A stretch of 63,369 bases of DNA, the filler included, from Rhabdomonas costata (lineage: Eukaryota): NCBI GenBank assembly GCA_019059605.1. It is 54 parts of 54 records of this genome, joined end to end, with 100 filler letters (N's around TTAATTAATTAA, not from the genome) between each part and the next. Parts side by side here need not be neighbours in the genome. Positions count along the whole stretch, not along the records: positions 12,917 to 13,992 come from JAHMHO010029883.1; positions 14,093 to 15,166 come from JAHMHO010029884.1; positions 15,267 to 16,341 come from JAHMHO010029885.1; positions 16,442 to 17,517 come from JAHMHO010029886.1; positions 17,618 to 18,693 come from JAHMHO010029887.1; positions 18,794 to 19,869 come from JAHMHO010029888.1; positions 19,970 to 21,045 come from JAHMHO010029889.1; positions 21,146 to 22,221 come from JAHMHO010029890.1; 46 more parts are not named here. One strand, written 5' to 3'. The notes beneath the pieces are model-generated. The model saw nothing but the letters and a program-made list of their open reading frames with translations. It had not been told where the DNA came from and made no database searches. The translations under genes were made by a program, and so were the position numbers. Shown here in pieces: positions 12,958 to 23,384 of this stretch (positions are counted from its first letter, which is position 1; every line of letters begins with the position of its first letter).

Positions 12958-13141
12958 GTACATCGATGGCATGCCCCGAGACGATGACCCAGAGATCTTT
13001 GGGATGCACCAGAACGCCAACATCATTTATCAGCTGCAGGAGTGCAGCGCCCTGGTGGACACGGTGCTGTCGATCCAGCCCAGGCTGACCGCCTCTGCAA
13101 CAGGCAGCGGGCCCTCCCCAGAGGAGATGGTCATGGAGAAG
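12958..13141 (+). CDS. Axonemal dynein heavy chain, C-terminal region exon
   Basis: YIDGMPRDDDPEIFGMHQNANIIYQLQE...VLSIQPR is a conserved DHC motif; AG/GT bounded. Confidence 0.95.
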
Positions 13142-14573
13142 GTACCACCCACCTCTATCTCACCCACCCCTAGCAATGTCCTCTCCTCACTCCTCGCGCT
13201 TTGTCCTCTCCTCACTTTTCAGAGTGAGTTTCAACGCAATCGTGCGCACAGATGAGATAAGCTAGAGCAATAGGGTTAAGGTAAGCTAGAGCAATAAGGT
13301 AGCCAGTGCACAACAAACCTGCAGGCAACACTGCTGTGCGTGATGGACAGTTGGTTTCTGCCCACCCCACGAAGGCTGATCACCCCTTTCCATCCATCCT
13401 CCTCGAAGAAAAAGACGAAAATAATCCTCAGGGTCAGCTCCAAAAAATACCTCAATACACAAATCCAGATCAGCCTGAGTTGAAGCCTGGTCGACGTGTC
13501 CCCTTGGTCCGGACACCCCTATCTGGGAAAAATTTGCATTGCAACAATCTTAGGATTGGGGCTAGGAACTGGTGAAAGGGCTTAGGTCTGGACTTGGATG
13601 AGGTGGCTTCAATTCAACCCACTGTCTGTCCCTTGGTTAGGGTCAGGGTCACCTTTTACAAAAGGTAGAAAAGAAACGAGAGAGTTGCGTGCAACTCGGA
13701 AAGAAAGAGCGGAGTGCGCGGAAAGAGTTGGGGAGACGGCAGTTTTGCAGTTAGAGGTGGGGTCCGGGTAAACGGCCGTACGACAGCCAAAAGTATTTTA
13801 ACCCCCACCGGTCCTAATTCAGCGTGTTTCGACCGGTTTCAACGGTTTCACTTTGTGCTGGGTCAAAGCTTTTGGGCTATGTTGTAATGTCCAAGCGAGG
13901 GCAACCTTAACCTTAACCTAAATCTGAATTTCACCCCATACACGGAATTTTTTCACCATCGCACCAGAAAGCGAATTTTTTCACACAAAACCNNNNNNNN
14001 NNNNNNNNNNNNNNNNNNNNNNNNNNNNNNNNNNNNTTAATTAATTAANNNNNNNNNNNNNNNNNNNNNNNNNNNNNNNNNNNNNNNNNNNNTGTTGGGT
14101 GTGTTGGGTGTTTGTGTGTCTCGTGTGCGGGTGTGAGGGTGTCTTCACGCGATGGTTGTGCACCTGACGAGTCTGTCTTTCGTTCCCCTTGGTTTGGTCT
14201 TTGTAAGACATCGACACCGCATCGAAGGGGAGCCCGCCTTAACGAATAGGACCCCCTGAAAAATCCGATTGCGATGTTCATCCTTGAAAGGTCACGAATT
14301 TTGTGCATGCGCGGATATGCGCGGTCACTGTGGGTGGCATTCATCTTCTCCGAGATAAAGTGCACAGTCTAAAGTGCACAAGGGGCACGTGGGCACGTTT
14401 AACGCCCCAGGGAAGCAAATAAGTCTAACAACTGCTGGAAATACCCGTTGTCATTGCAGAATTACAGCACATCGTACAGTATTGTCAGCACGAGCACCCA
14501 AAAGGTGCGGTACTTGTGCCTCTTTGGCTTCTTGTTGGGTGTCGAATTAATGGAATCTGTGTCTATTTTCCAG

Positions 14574-14732
14574 CGTACTACGCCGCGCTGATCTTCACGG
14601 GCACCCTGTTGGGCTCGGTGTTCTTCCGGGAGTACCTGGGCCAGAGCCCGACGCAGATCGCGGGGTTCCTCGTGGGCTTCGGGATTGTGCTAGGCGGGGT
14701 CCTGCTGCTGATGCGCCGCAAGCCTAGCGAGG
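14574..14732 (+). CDS. NIPA-family (DMT superfamily) Mg2+ transporter exon
   Basis: YYAALIFTGTLLGSVFFREY...QIAGFLVGFGIVLGGVLLL; AG/GT bounded. Confidence 0.75.
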
Positions 14733-15750
14733 GTACTCCCTCATCGCCTCGCTATCTGCCTTCGTCCGCTTTTCGTTTTAATCGTTTCAGTGTTTGGGTG
14801 ATCCTCAGCCGAGCAGAGGAGGCCGCTCACTGTCACGTCTCGCGATTGTGGGGCAGTTCTTTGCAGTGGTTTTCTGCTTTCACTGAGGGACTGTTGTGTC
14901 TGTTTCTTCGCGTTTGTGTATGTTTATGCGATGAAAAGACGGAAGGGAAACACACACCCACACGTGAAGGAGAGCGATCTTGGAAAGAAAAGAAAAGCTT
15001 CCCCTGACATAAGACGCGCGCAGCCTGGGTGCTCGCACGGAGGGTCCTATAGCTCTGTTTTCAGATTTCGGGTGCCGAACAGGCCAGGACCCTCCGCCTG
15101 CCCCACTTGTCCCAGGCTTGTGTACAAATGCGCGCGAAAGAAACGCTGTGTCCTTCCCAACCCCCCNNNNNNNNNNNNNNNNNNNNNNNNNNNNNNNNNN
15201 NNNNNNNNNNTTAATTAATTAANNNNNNNNNNNNNNNNNNNNNNNNNNNNNNNNNNNNNNNNNNNNGGTTTACTTGGGACCCGTACTCTGTCGAAGGTGT
15301 GATGCCGACACCGGGAAGCAAAGCAGGCCCGTGGTTCGTGGTTGGGAAGTTGGTCGTTTGGTTACAAGAAATAAAGCGCATGGGTGGGAGTATCAGGAAA
15401 CCTCACGAGCGGTGGGGCAGGCCACTCACCGCAGGAAGTGCAGTTGCTGAGAAATCCGGACAATCTTTTTGTCCTGCACGTGTGCAAATACACACGTCCA
15501 CATGCACAGGGATCCTTTACATTGAGCTGAGCAAGGGACCATCCCATGTTGCAACAGCAGCAGCAGAAGCAGCGGCCGCTCCGCCAGCGCCGCCCCCGCC
15601 GATAAGGTGGTTGCACCTTGGAAATAGCTCTCCACAGTTACAGCTGCTTTTAAGCCCAGTCAAGTGTGCATTTGTTGGCTCCGAATTCAATTCCAGATGG
15701 TCGGCTTTTGGGCTGAAGCTGTATTTTGTGGCTGCTGTAATTTTTGTGTG

Positions 15751-16117
15751 GGCTCTTGTGAAGTTCGTGGGAGGGGGTATTTGGTACCCGTCGTTTCCGG
15801 GTACCAATGGTACCGGGTACCAGTGATATCTGGGTCCGCCTATTTTAAAGAACAGTGAATGATCCAATGATTCAAGCAGATCATCCACGGGGGGTTAGGT
15901 GGCGATCCACGTGTCCCCTGGGATTCCAATAGAAGCATTTGCAGGGGTTAGGTAGCGATGTCTTCCGCTGCGAAGCTCAGTGGAGCCCAAGATCCTTAGG
16001 AATGTAACGCTCGGCTGCTCACTTTTTTGCTTTAAACGGGCACCAAGGTACGTATAAGAGTGCTACTAGGGTACCACGGGTACCGGGTAACCCTCCTCCC
16101 ACTACTTCACAAGACCC
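15751..16117. mobile_element. MITE-like non-autonomous DNA transposon, 367 bp
   Basis: ~40-bp imperfect TIRs (GGCTCTTGTGAAGT.../...ACTTCACAAGACCC) flanked by TGTG on both sides (15747-15750, 16118-16121); internal to the contig. Confidence 0.7.
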
Positions 16118-16937
16118 TGTGCGGAAACGCGCTTTGACACTGAGGAAGAAATCCGAAATTCAGAAGTCCACGAATGGCAACTCGTAAAAGCAATTTTGTT
16201 TTCATCAAAAAATGGAAAATAAATAAATAATTTAATTTAAAAATAATTTTTAACTTTCTGGACGTTCATCTTCAAAATTTGGTATGGTATGCTCCGCGTC
16301 AGGTCAAAAGAAAGAACTCAGTCCAAGGCAAAAACCACACCNNNNNNNNNNNNNNNNNNNNNNNNNNNNNNNNNNNNNNNNNNNNTTAATTAATTAANNN
16401 NNNNNNNNNNNNNNNNNNNNNNNNNNNNNNNNNNNNNNNNNGTGGGGGGGGGGCAGAGCCCTCCTGGGGAACTTACATCTAGTTAGGGAGCTGTTTCCTC
16501 TTGTTTTTTTAAACGGATGTTCACTCTTTTTGATCTTGAGAGGTTGTGTAGAGATGAAGCCAAGCTGACTTCGCGGGCAGTATGCTAAAGATGTGGTGTT
16601 TGGAGGAGTGACCTTCCGGGTTCACACCAACACCATTCATGCCATGACAGCTGGGGAACGCCCCTCTGTCGTTCGTTGATGTTCCACCCGAAGTTTTGGG
16701 GAAGCGCTGCTCCCCTTACCCCTCTTATTTGGTATACATTCATTTTTTTGCTTGCACTCATCATTTGCATCATTTGCGGAAGCCTCATTTCTTCGCGACA
16801 GTGCCTTGACTTATGCCCTGCACTTTGCGCGTGGTTGCCCTTCAAGGGATTGGTCATTTCGTTTGCTTGTGCCCTGGTTTCTGGGCACTACGGCGAAGTT
16901 GGGCCTCAAGAATGGCCTCGGACTTTGCATCTTCCAG

Positions 16938-17150
16938 CAGCTGGGCGCAGCCGGTGGTGTCCTAGCCACCGGCTGGGCCACCCCCGGAGGACTTCTTAAC
17001 GTGAAAGGTGTGAAGTGGACACCATATTGCAGCGATGAGTACTTTTTTGCACCGCCGTGGGACTCGCTTTCGACCTTTCACGACGGGCGGGACCTCACCC
17101 TTCCCGTGCCGGGGGCTTGGGGGCAGCAGCTGAGGTTCGCGGAGGGCTAA
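16938..17150 (+). CDS. Probable terminal exon of an unknown protein
   Basis: QLGAAGGVLATGWATPGGLLNVKGVKWTPYCSDEYFFAPPW...AEG* after a cag acceptor. Confidence 0.4.
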   Translation, partial: QLGAAGGVLATGWATPGGLLNVKGVKWTPYCSDEYFFAPPWDSLSTFHDGRDLTLPVPGAWGQQLRFAEG

Positions 17151-17671
17151 CTCAGGCAGCAGCCGCTGGTATCACCTCACCATCCCTTCCCATTACTGCA
17201 CATAAATGACGGCCATGATCTTCGGGATCCCTGCAGTGGTTCCTGGAGCAGACCTTTCTTCGGTCGCTGCAGTGCGGTGAGATGCACATTCAGGACCCCC
17301 CATGTCTATCTTACCCTGAGATGGAGGCTGGTGGTTTTCCAGTAGCAGGGTCTCAAGAATGCATCGGGTATTTGAGTGCAGGTGATCTGTGGTATTGGTG
17401 CATCGGGGTTCAAGGTGAGCTGGTGGGTCGTAGGGAGGGTGAGACAGGTGCACCAATACCACAGATCACCTGCACTCAAATACCCGATGCATTCTTGAGA
17501 CCCTGCTACCAAAAAACNNNNNNNNNNNNNNNNNNNNNNNNNNNNNNNNNNNNNNNNNNNNTTAATTAATTAANNNNNNNNNNNNNNNNNNNNNNNNNNN
17601 NNNNNNNNNNNNNNNNNGGGGTTTTGATTCCCTGCTCGTAAAAGTGAGGCATCTCAAGTGGCAGAGCTGGT

Positions 17672-18310
17672 TTTTCACGGTGGATTACCATCCAGCATCA
17701 TTTCCGACAATGACACCACGTTTACGAGCGCTTTCTGGAAGGCCACGTGCGATATGATGGAAATCAAGCAGAGCATGACTTCCCCGTTCCCTCTGCAGGC
17801 AAATGGCTCCGCGAACGAACCAAACAACGAAGCATGATGATGCAGACAATTGTACTCGCCAAAATGCAGAACGTCAGTGATTGGAGGCTGCACAACTGGA
17901 TTCTCCTGCTGAACGTTTTTGAAATCTCCATCAACAATGCCACACATCGGAGGCACATAGCTCAGCCCATAAGTCTTCAACATGTGCTACCACCCTAGTT
18001 TCTTATTTGACGTCACCAACTTCGACGATGAGAGGCTAACCTGAGAGAGCACTGTGACGATCAAGAAATGGCTTACTAGATGAACTCCTACTGGGCCTTT
18101 GTGTACCTTTACCTGTACTATTCACGGGAAATTGCAGATGAGTTTGTCAACAGCGAGCGCGCCAATTATCAATTTGTTGTTGGGCAGGACGTGTCGATCA
18201 ACAAGCTGACACCAGAGGAACCAGCTGGGCCCCGCCTGCCACCTGGCATCGAAGGCCTTTGGTACAAGATCACTAAGAACACTTATGAGATTGACATCCC
18301 CCCACATTAG
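17672..18310 (+). mobile_element. Degenerate Ty3/Gypsy LTR-retrotransposon integrase
   Basis: FHGGLPSSIISDNDTTFTSAFWKATC...MTSPFPLQANG(fs)ERT matches the rve core; downstream ...KITKNTYEIDIPP is GPY/F-like; frameshifts and stops present. Confidence 0.88.
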
Positions 18311-19206
18311 GAATAATATGAGTCTTCCATTTAAGCGAGATGATCCCATTTGAGACAATTGAGCTGGACCCCGTTGGCCAGCTGCCCCCGCATGAGCAGG
18401 CCGATGACCCCTTTCTTCAAGCGCACTGACTTTTCCACTGGGATATTCCAATGCCCCTGTTTACCAACAGCAATTAGTGGACAATGACTTCCAACCTCAC
18501 AATGCGCCTGCTTAACGGTATGTGGACCAGGAAAGAAACCAGAAATGTGACCTCAATGCCGTTCATAATCACCCATTTGTCGTATGTTAATTTCAGTGTG
18601 TCCACACTGAGAGGATCAGGAAGCAATCGAAACTTCCCCACAACGTTGTTCAATTCAATCCGAAGGTAATTGTGCTTCGTCTCCCACCCCACANNNNNNN
18701 NNNNNNNNNNNNNNNNNNNNNNNNNNNNNNNNNNNNNTTAATTAATTAANNNNNNNNNNNNNNNNNNNNNNNNNNNNNNNNNNNNNNNNNNNNAGTTTTA
18801 TTATCGTGAGTTTTATTGTATAAAACATTTTGTATAGTAAATTATATTAATGTCAATTAATTTTGATTCTTTGTTCAGTACAAACAAAATTAAATAAAAA
18901 ACCAGAAACCAGGAAAAAAAAACTATCCATTAATGCTATTAAACTGATACAAACTAAGTATGGAAAGATCATATTGTGTGTACTTATGATTGTTACTCAA
19001 TATTTTGCTTATCAAATTAAAATAGATTTCTGCATGAAAAAGAAAGTAAAAGTTTTGATGATAAAATGAATGAATGATAATTTTTATTGTAACAATTATT
19101 CATTATTGACCAGAAAACCAAGTTCAGCTATTTTTTGTTTGTCTCTATCAATACACTCATTTAATTTAATTACCTTTTCCTTTAGATTTATTAATGCTAA
19201 ATCAAT

Positions 19207-19449
19207 TTAACTAAATTCGATTTTAAGTGAACTCATTGTTAGTTGTCTTTTGTAATGATCAATTATGTAAGTAGCTGCATCATATGTACTTGCGAAGTGC
19301 TGGTTAAATACTTCTCTATGCATTTCATAACACTCATCTTTCATCATTTCAAGTTCAGCAATCGCAAATTTCACTTTACCGATTTCTTCTTCATTGCCTT
19401 TGATGCTTTCTTCAAGTTCATTTATTTTTTCTAAATTCACAGAATCCAT
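19207..19449 (-). CDS. AT-rich virus-like coiled-coil ORF, probably nonsense-truncated
   Basis: MDSVNLEKINELEESIKG...EFS*; frame continues past TAA as IDLALINLKEKVIKLNECIDRDKQKIAEL; start context TATAATG. Confidence 0.6.
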   Translation of the reverse strand: MDSVNLEKINELEESIKGNEEEIGKVKFAIAELEMMKDECYEMHREVFNQHFASTYDAATYIIDHYKRQLTMSSLKIEFS

Positions 19450-19523
19450 TTATACTTATATGTAATAAATTATTTCTTAAGTAATTTTAAAATAATAATA
19501 AAATCTATATTATTTAAAAACAA

Positions 19524-19730
19524 TTAAGATACTACATAAAATTCAAAGCACATAATTGAATTTTGAGCACATTCATATTTCATTTGAAAATAACCATTAT
19601 TTGCAAAAGTAGAACCATGAGAGTTTAATATTTCAAATGTTTGTGTTTCATCATCATATCCAGTAATTACCACTGCATGCCCTCCGAGCATCTCGTCGTC
19701 TGGAAGTGGTAAACTTAATAAGGTAAGTAA
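19524..19730 (-). pseudogene. Papain-like (C1) cysteine protease, C-terminal fragment
   Basis: GGHAVVITGYDD...FEILNSHGSTFANNGYF with catalytic His and Asn; Cys-bearing half replaced by GC-balanced DNA at ~19731. Confidence 0.88.
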
Positions 19731-20045
19731 CACCCGGAAACTCAGAAAATGGTATGTGAAGGTTTTCCACTCGAAGTCTTTTTAGCCTATATACATGCCG
19801 CGGTCCGGTGACGTGGCATGTGGTTAACCCGAAATGTTTTCTGGGGCGCGAGCTGAAAAATCAACACACNNNNNNNNNNNNNNNNNNNNNNNNNNNNNNN
19901 NNNNNNNNNNNNNTTAATTAATTAANNNNNNNNNNNNNNNNNNNNNNNNNNNNNNNNNNNNNNNNNNNNTGTTTTGTGGTATACGCGAGCACTGCAGTTG
20001 GCGATGACGATCTTTTTGTTGTTGACTTGCGGTTGTTGGTGGCAG

Positions 20046-20959
20046 CTTTTGCTGGCGATGGCCTCCCTGCTGGACGTGGTGCAGTTCCAGCGGTGGAACA
20101 CCCAGATGGGGATTCCGGACTGGGTCTTCATGCTGGGCAAGGCCTCGCTGCAGAACACCTGCTCCATGCTGAACTTCATGCCCACCACCATCCTGATCTC
20201 CCGGCTATGCCCCGAGGGCATCGAGGTATCCGTGCGCAAAGCACGTGCGTGCTTGCGGGGGTGGTCTCGCACCCGTCCTTCCTTTGTTCGAGTTGGATGA
20301 ATTGTTTTTACCAGCCGATTGAGGAGTAGTATTCAGGATCGCAAAAGAGGCTGATACGCGGTTATGGTAAGTTGTATTCTCCCCCGCAGTTTGCGACCAC
20401 GTGCTAAAGCACCAGTGTACGAAATGGGCTTCGGATATCGGAAATCGGATATTTTTTGGTACGTCCTTGGTGTGATATGGCAGAGTTGCAATGCGACCTT
20501 TAACGTCGAGGCGTTTACTCGCACTTCCAGTGGTTACCAAACAGCCGAGATATATCTTTCCTGCTCCTCCAGCTGGGTAAGGGAAACCGCAGCTGCCTTG
20601 TCAAGTGCGAGCTCCGCAAGGTGCCCTCTAGACGGTCCTGAGAATTCTGAACTTCTCAAAGATGATGCTTGTCCGCCACCCATAGAAAAAGACGGGTGGA
20701 CCCCCCAAATTGCAGAGTTGGCACAGGGCACACACCAAAGAGAAAGAATGCCGGGTTCGCAGTCTTGAAGGGACTATCTTTGCGTTGAGGTCCCACTGGG
20801 CACACCATTACCATCCCACTATTTCGGCTTCTGCTGTCCTCGCAGTCCACGGTGTTTGCGCTGTTGGCGGGGTTTTCGAACTTCGGGCAGACAATCAGTG
20901 GGTACACCGGGGCCTACCTGCTCTCCGTGCTGGGGCTGTCCTCGATTGGTCAAGGAGAG
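20046..20959 (+). CDS. Folate/biopterin transporter (BT1/FBT family), exons 20046-20225 and 20846-20959
   Basis: RWNTQMGIPDWVFMLG...NFMPTTILISRLCPEGIE|STVFALLAGFSNFG; GT-AG intron in phase 0. Confidence 0.93.
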
Positions 20960-21511
20960 GTTTGGGCACCGGAGCACATCCTTACCCCCCCCCCTCAACC
21001 TGTGCCCAATCGAAAAGTTAAAAAGAGTGGCCGCAGAGCAACAAANNNNNNNNNNNNNNNNNNNNNNNNNNNNNNNNNNNNNNNNNNNNTTAATTAATTA
21101 ANNNNNNNNNNNNNNNNNNNNNNNNNNNNNNNNNNNNNNNNNNNNGTGGGTTTTGGTGGAGATCTTTCTGCCTGCAGCGGGCTTTCGAATACTCTCCCGC
21201 TGCCTGGCCCTTCTCGGGGTAGGATCACCCCTCTGCCGGGCGGAGGTTCTTGGGAAACCTCAACGGGGGTGGTTCGACGAAGCTCCAACCCTACGCGCTG
21301 GCCGAGTCTGCTGAGAGCTCATGGCCTTTCTTCAACTCTTCGTGTGCGTGGGATCCTCAACACTTCTTCTTCATTCCCGGAGAGCCCCACTTGCAAGACC
21401 ACAAAACACACACACTTCACTTATAAACACACGCAGTTTGATGCAAACTCATTTGAAAGATTGCGGAAAGCTCGGGAAATTATGCGCACCCAAACGCACC
21501 AACACGCACAC

Positions 21512-21610
21512 CATCCGGCCTCCGGAGGGCAGAGTGAGGTAGGTCGGGCAGTGCGACCTTGACGAGGTCGCGTTGACCGCCGTGCTCTGCGTCCTGCGGC
21601 GATTCTTTGC
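21512..21610 (-). CDS. Kinesin motor-domain exon (switch I), possibly degenerate
   Basis: AKNRRRTQSTAVNATSSRSHC (NxxSSRSH); a downstream VGLSGNE near 21390 resembles a decayed DLAGxE. Not in the ORF track frame. Confidence 0.7.
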
Positions 21611-21691
21611 CTATGCAACGAAAGAGATGTGACAACACCTTGCCGCCCTGAAGGGCCACGCTGCACACGTGCGTCCTCTTGAACACGATGC

Positions 21692-21734
21692 ATCCCAGGT
21701 GTATCCCAGGTGTATCCCAGGTGTATCCCAGGTG
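21692..21734 (+). repeat. 11-bp minisatellite (ATCCCAGGTGT) x~4
   Basis: Direct tandem copies visible. Confidence 0.9.
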
Positions 21735-22321
21735 AGGTGAACACGTTCAGGTGAAACATGCATGACAAAATTACAGAGAGAGAGAGGGACCGAAAGACAA
21801 AAACAAAGTGATTTGCAATAAAGGACACTCTGCGAAGTGAGGTCCAGAATCCAGAACGCAGAAGCACCAACACAGCGGCAGAATAGAAAGGGACCCCACA
21901 CAAACAAACACAAGCAGAGACACGAACGCACAAACCTTCGCTCATGATAAGGTAGCTCTCCCAGAGCACCAAAGGCACCCCCCACAAAAACGATAAAGGA
22001 AACGATAAACTAAATTAACTGATTGATAACTGCACGGCACGATAGACCCAGCAAAAGGATGTCAACAAGAGCAGTCCAGAGTCTTCATTCGGTAAAAAAA
22101 AATAATGCCAAGAGACAGCGGGCAAGCACTCACAATTGCACCGCGACGATCGCGACGATGAACCACTTCAGGCCACACCAACGAGAGACGGGCACCCAAC
22201 ACACCAAATACACTCAACATANNNNNNNNNNNNNNNNNNNNNNNNNNNNNNNNNNNNNNNNNNNNTTAATTAATTAANNNNNNNNNNNNNNNNNNNNNNN
22301 NNNNNNNNNNNNNNNNNNNNN

Positions 22322-22679
22322 TTTCTTTAAATGTTACTTGATTTATCTCTCGTGATGGTGATAATGTTTGATCTGCTTGTTGGCTTTCAACTTGTTTCTG
22401 TATTTGCACTGATTCTTTAGAGAATTTCTTATACAATCTTGACTTTTTACTATTATAAACTTTAAATGCTTTCGCTAAAGAGCTTAGATTTGCTTTTTTT
22501 GAATTAATATTTTCATATGTTTTATTTATAAAATTGTATATCCTTTTGTGATTTTTTAAAATCCATTTAAAGTTATTTTTGTGATATGTAATTGTCAATC
22601 TGCGAGCCCATAACTTAAATCTGGATATATCATTAATATTAAACGTATCCATATAATAAACATGATATAATTTTTGCAT
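22322..22679 (-). CDS. N-terminal part of a putative virophage/PLV-type (OLV11-like) tyrosine recombinase
   Basis: WILKNHKRIYNFINKTYENINSKKANLSSLAKAF...YKKFSKES...QTLSPSREINQVTFKE resembles the recalled pre-catalytic region of PLV/virophage YRs; catalytic residues lie off-contig. Confidence 0.55.
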
Positions 22680-22752
22680 ATCATGAATACATTACACATT
22701 TTCACAGGAAAAATATATATTTTCTAAAAATAAAAATATATAGTATTTTTAT

Positions 22753-23079
22753 ATGGAAAAAATTACACCTCAAAATTATGTCTTTAAGCTTGGTAAATAC
22801 AAAAACATGAAAGGAGTTGACGTTGCAAGATTAAAGACAGTAGATAAAAACGGTAAAGAGAGAGCAACAGGTAGATCTTATTTAGAATGGATTGTTAATC
22901 AAGATTGGTTTCATCATAAAGACATAATACAGAAAATTATTGATGCTGTAAAGGAAGAAGATCCAGACACAGAAGAGGAAATAGAAGAGAAACCTAAAAT
23001 AGAAAAGAAGAAGAAAAAAGAAGTAAAAACAGTAAAAATTAGTGCAGCAGATCAGGATAAAACAATACATTTTCAGTGA
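22753..23079 (+). CDS. Virus-like small protein with a FKLGKYKN...YLEW motif (DUF3820-like) and charged tail
   Basis: Intact intronless AT-rich ORF of 108 aa. Confidence 0.75.
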   Translation: MEKITPQNYVFKLGKYKNMKGVDVARLKTVDKNGKERATGRSYLEWIVNQDWFHHKDIIQKIIDAVKEEDPDTEEEIEEKPKIEKKKKKEVKTVKISAADQDKTIHFQ

Positions 23080-23108
23080 AAAATAAATTGTTAGTTAAAT
23101 AATATATA

Positions 23109-23354
23109 ATGGATCAGAATAATAAGAAGAAAAGAAAATACAGTGATATTGTTAGTCAATTACATGCTATTGATTTAAACATCAAACCAGTTGATTATCT
23201 ACCATGTGTAATATGCAAAAATAGAGTCTATGAATATAGAATGTTTGAGAACAAAGATTTTGTTACATGCTGTTATGACTGCTTATCATTATTAGCACTA
23301 TCAAAAAAAGAAGGACTATTACATGAAAGAAAAGATAAAACATCTTTTGAATAA
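23109..23354 (+). CDS. Virus-like small zinc-finger protein
   Basis: CVIC...CCYDC; ATATATAATG start context; 29 bp from the previous ORF. Confidence 0.7.
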   Translation: MDQNNKKKRKYSDIVSQLHAIDLNIKPVDYLPCVICKNRVYEYRMFENKDFVTCCYDCLSLLALSKKEGLLHERKDKTSFE

Positions 23355-23384
23355 TTAAAAGTTGTTCAAACAACTTTTAATTAT
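23351..23384 (+). terminator. Perfect AT-rich hairpin overlapping the stop codon (putative viral 3'-end signal)
   Basis: ATAATTAAAAGTTGTT-CA-AACAACTTTTAATTAT, 16-bp perfect arms. Confidence 0.6.

Noticed and set aside
13258-13921. TTAGGG-like hexamers as telomeric repeats
   Set aside because: Few, degenerate and scattered within a dynein intron.
4783-19449. Alternative genetic code (TAA=Tyr, TGA=Gly) suggested by in-frame stops in the ATPase, Rhs and coiled-coil ORFs
   Set aside because: TAA and TGA end neighbouring genes normally, frameshifts co-occur, and each stop is one substitution from the expected codon; pseudogenisation is simpler.
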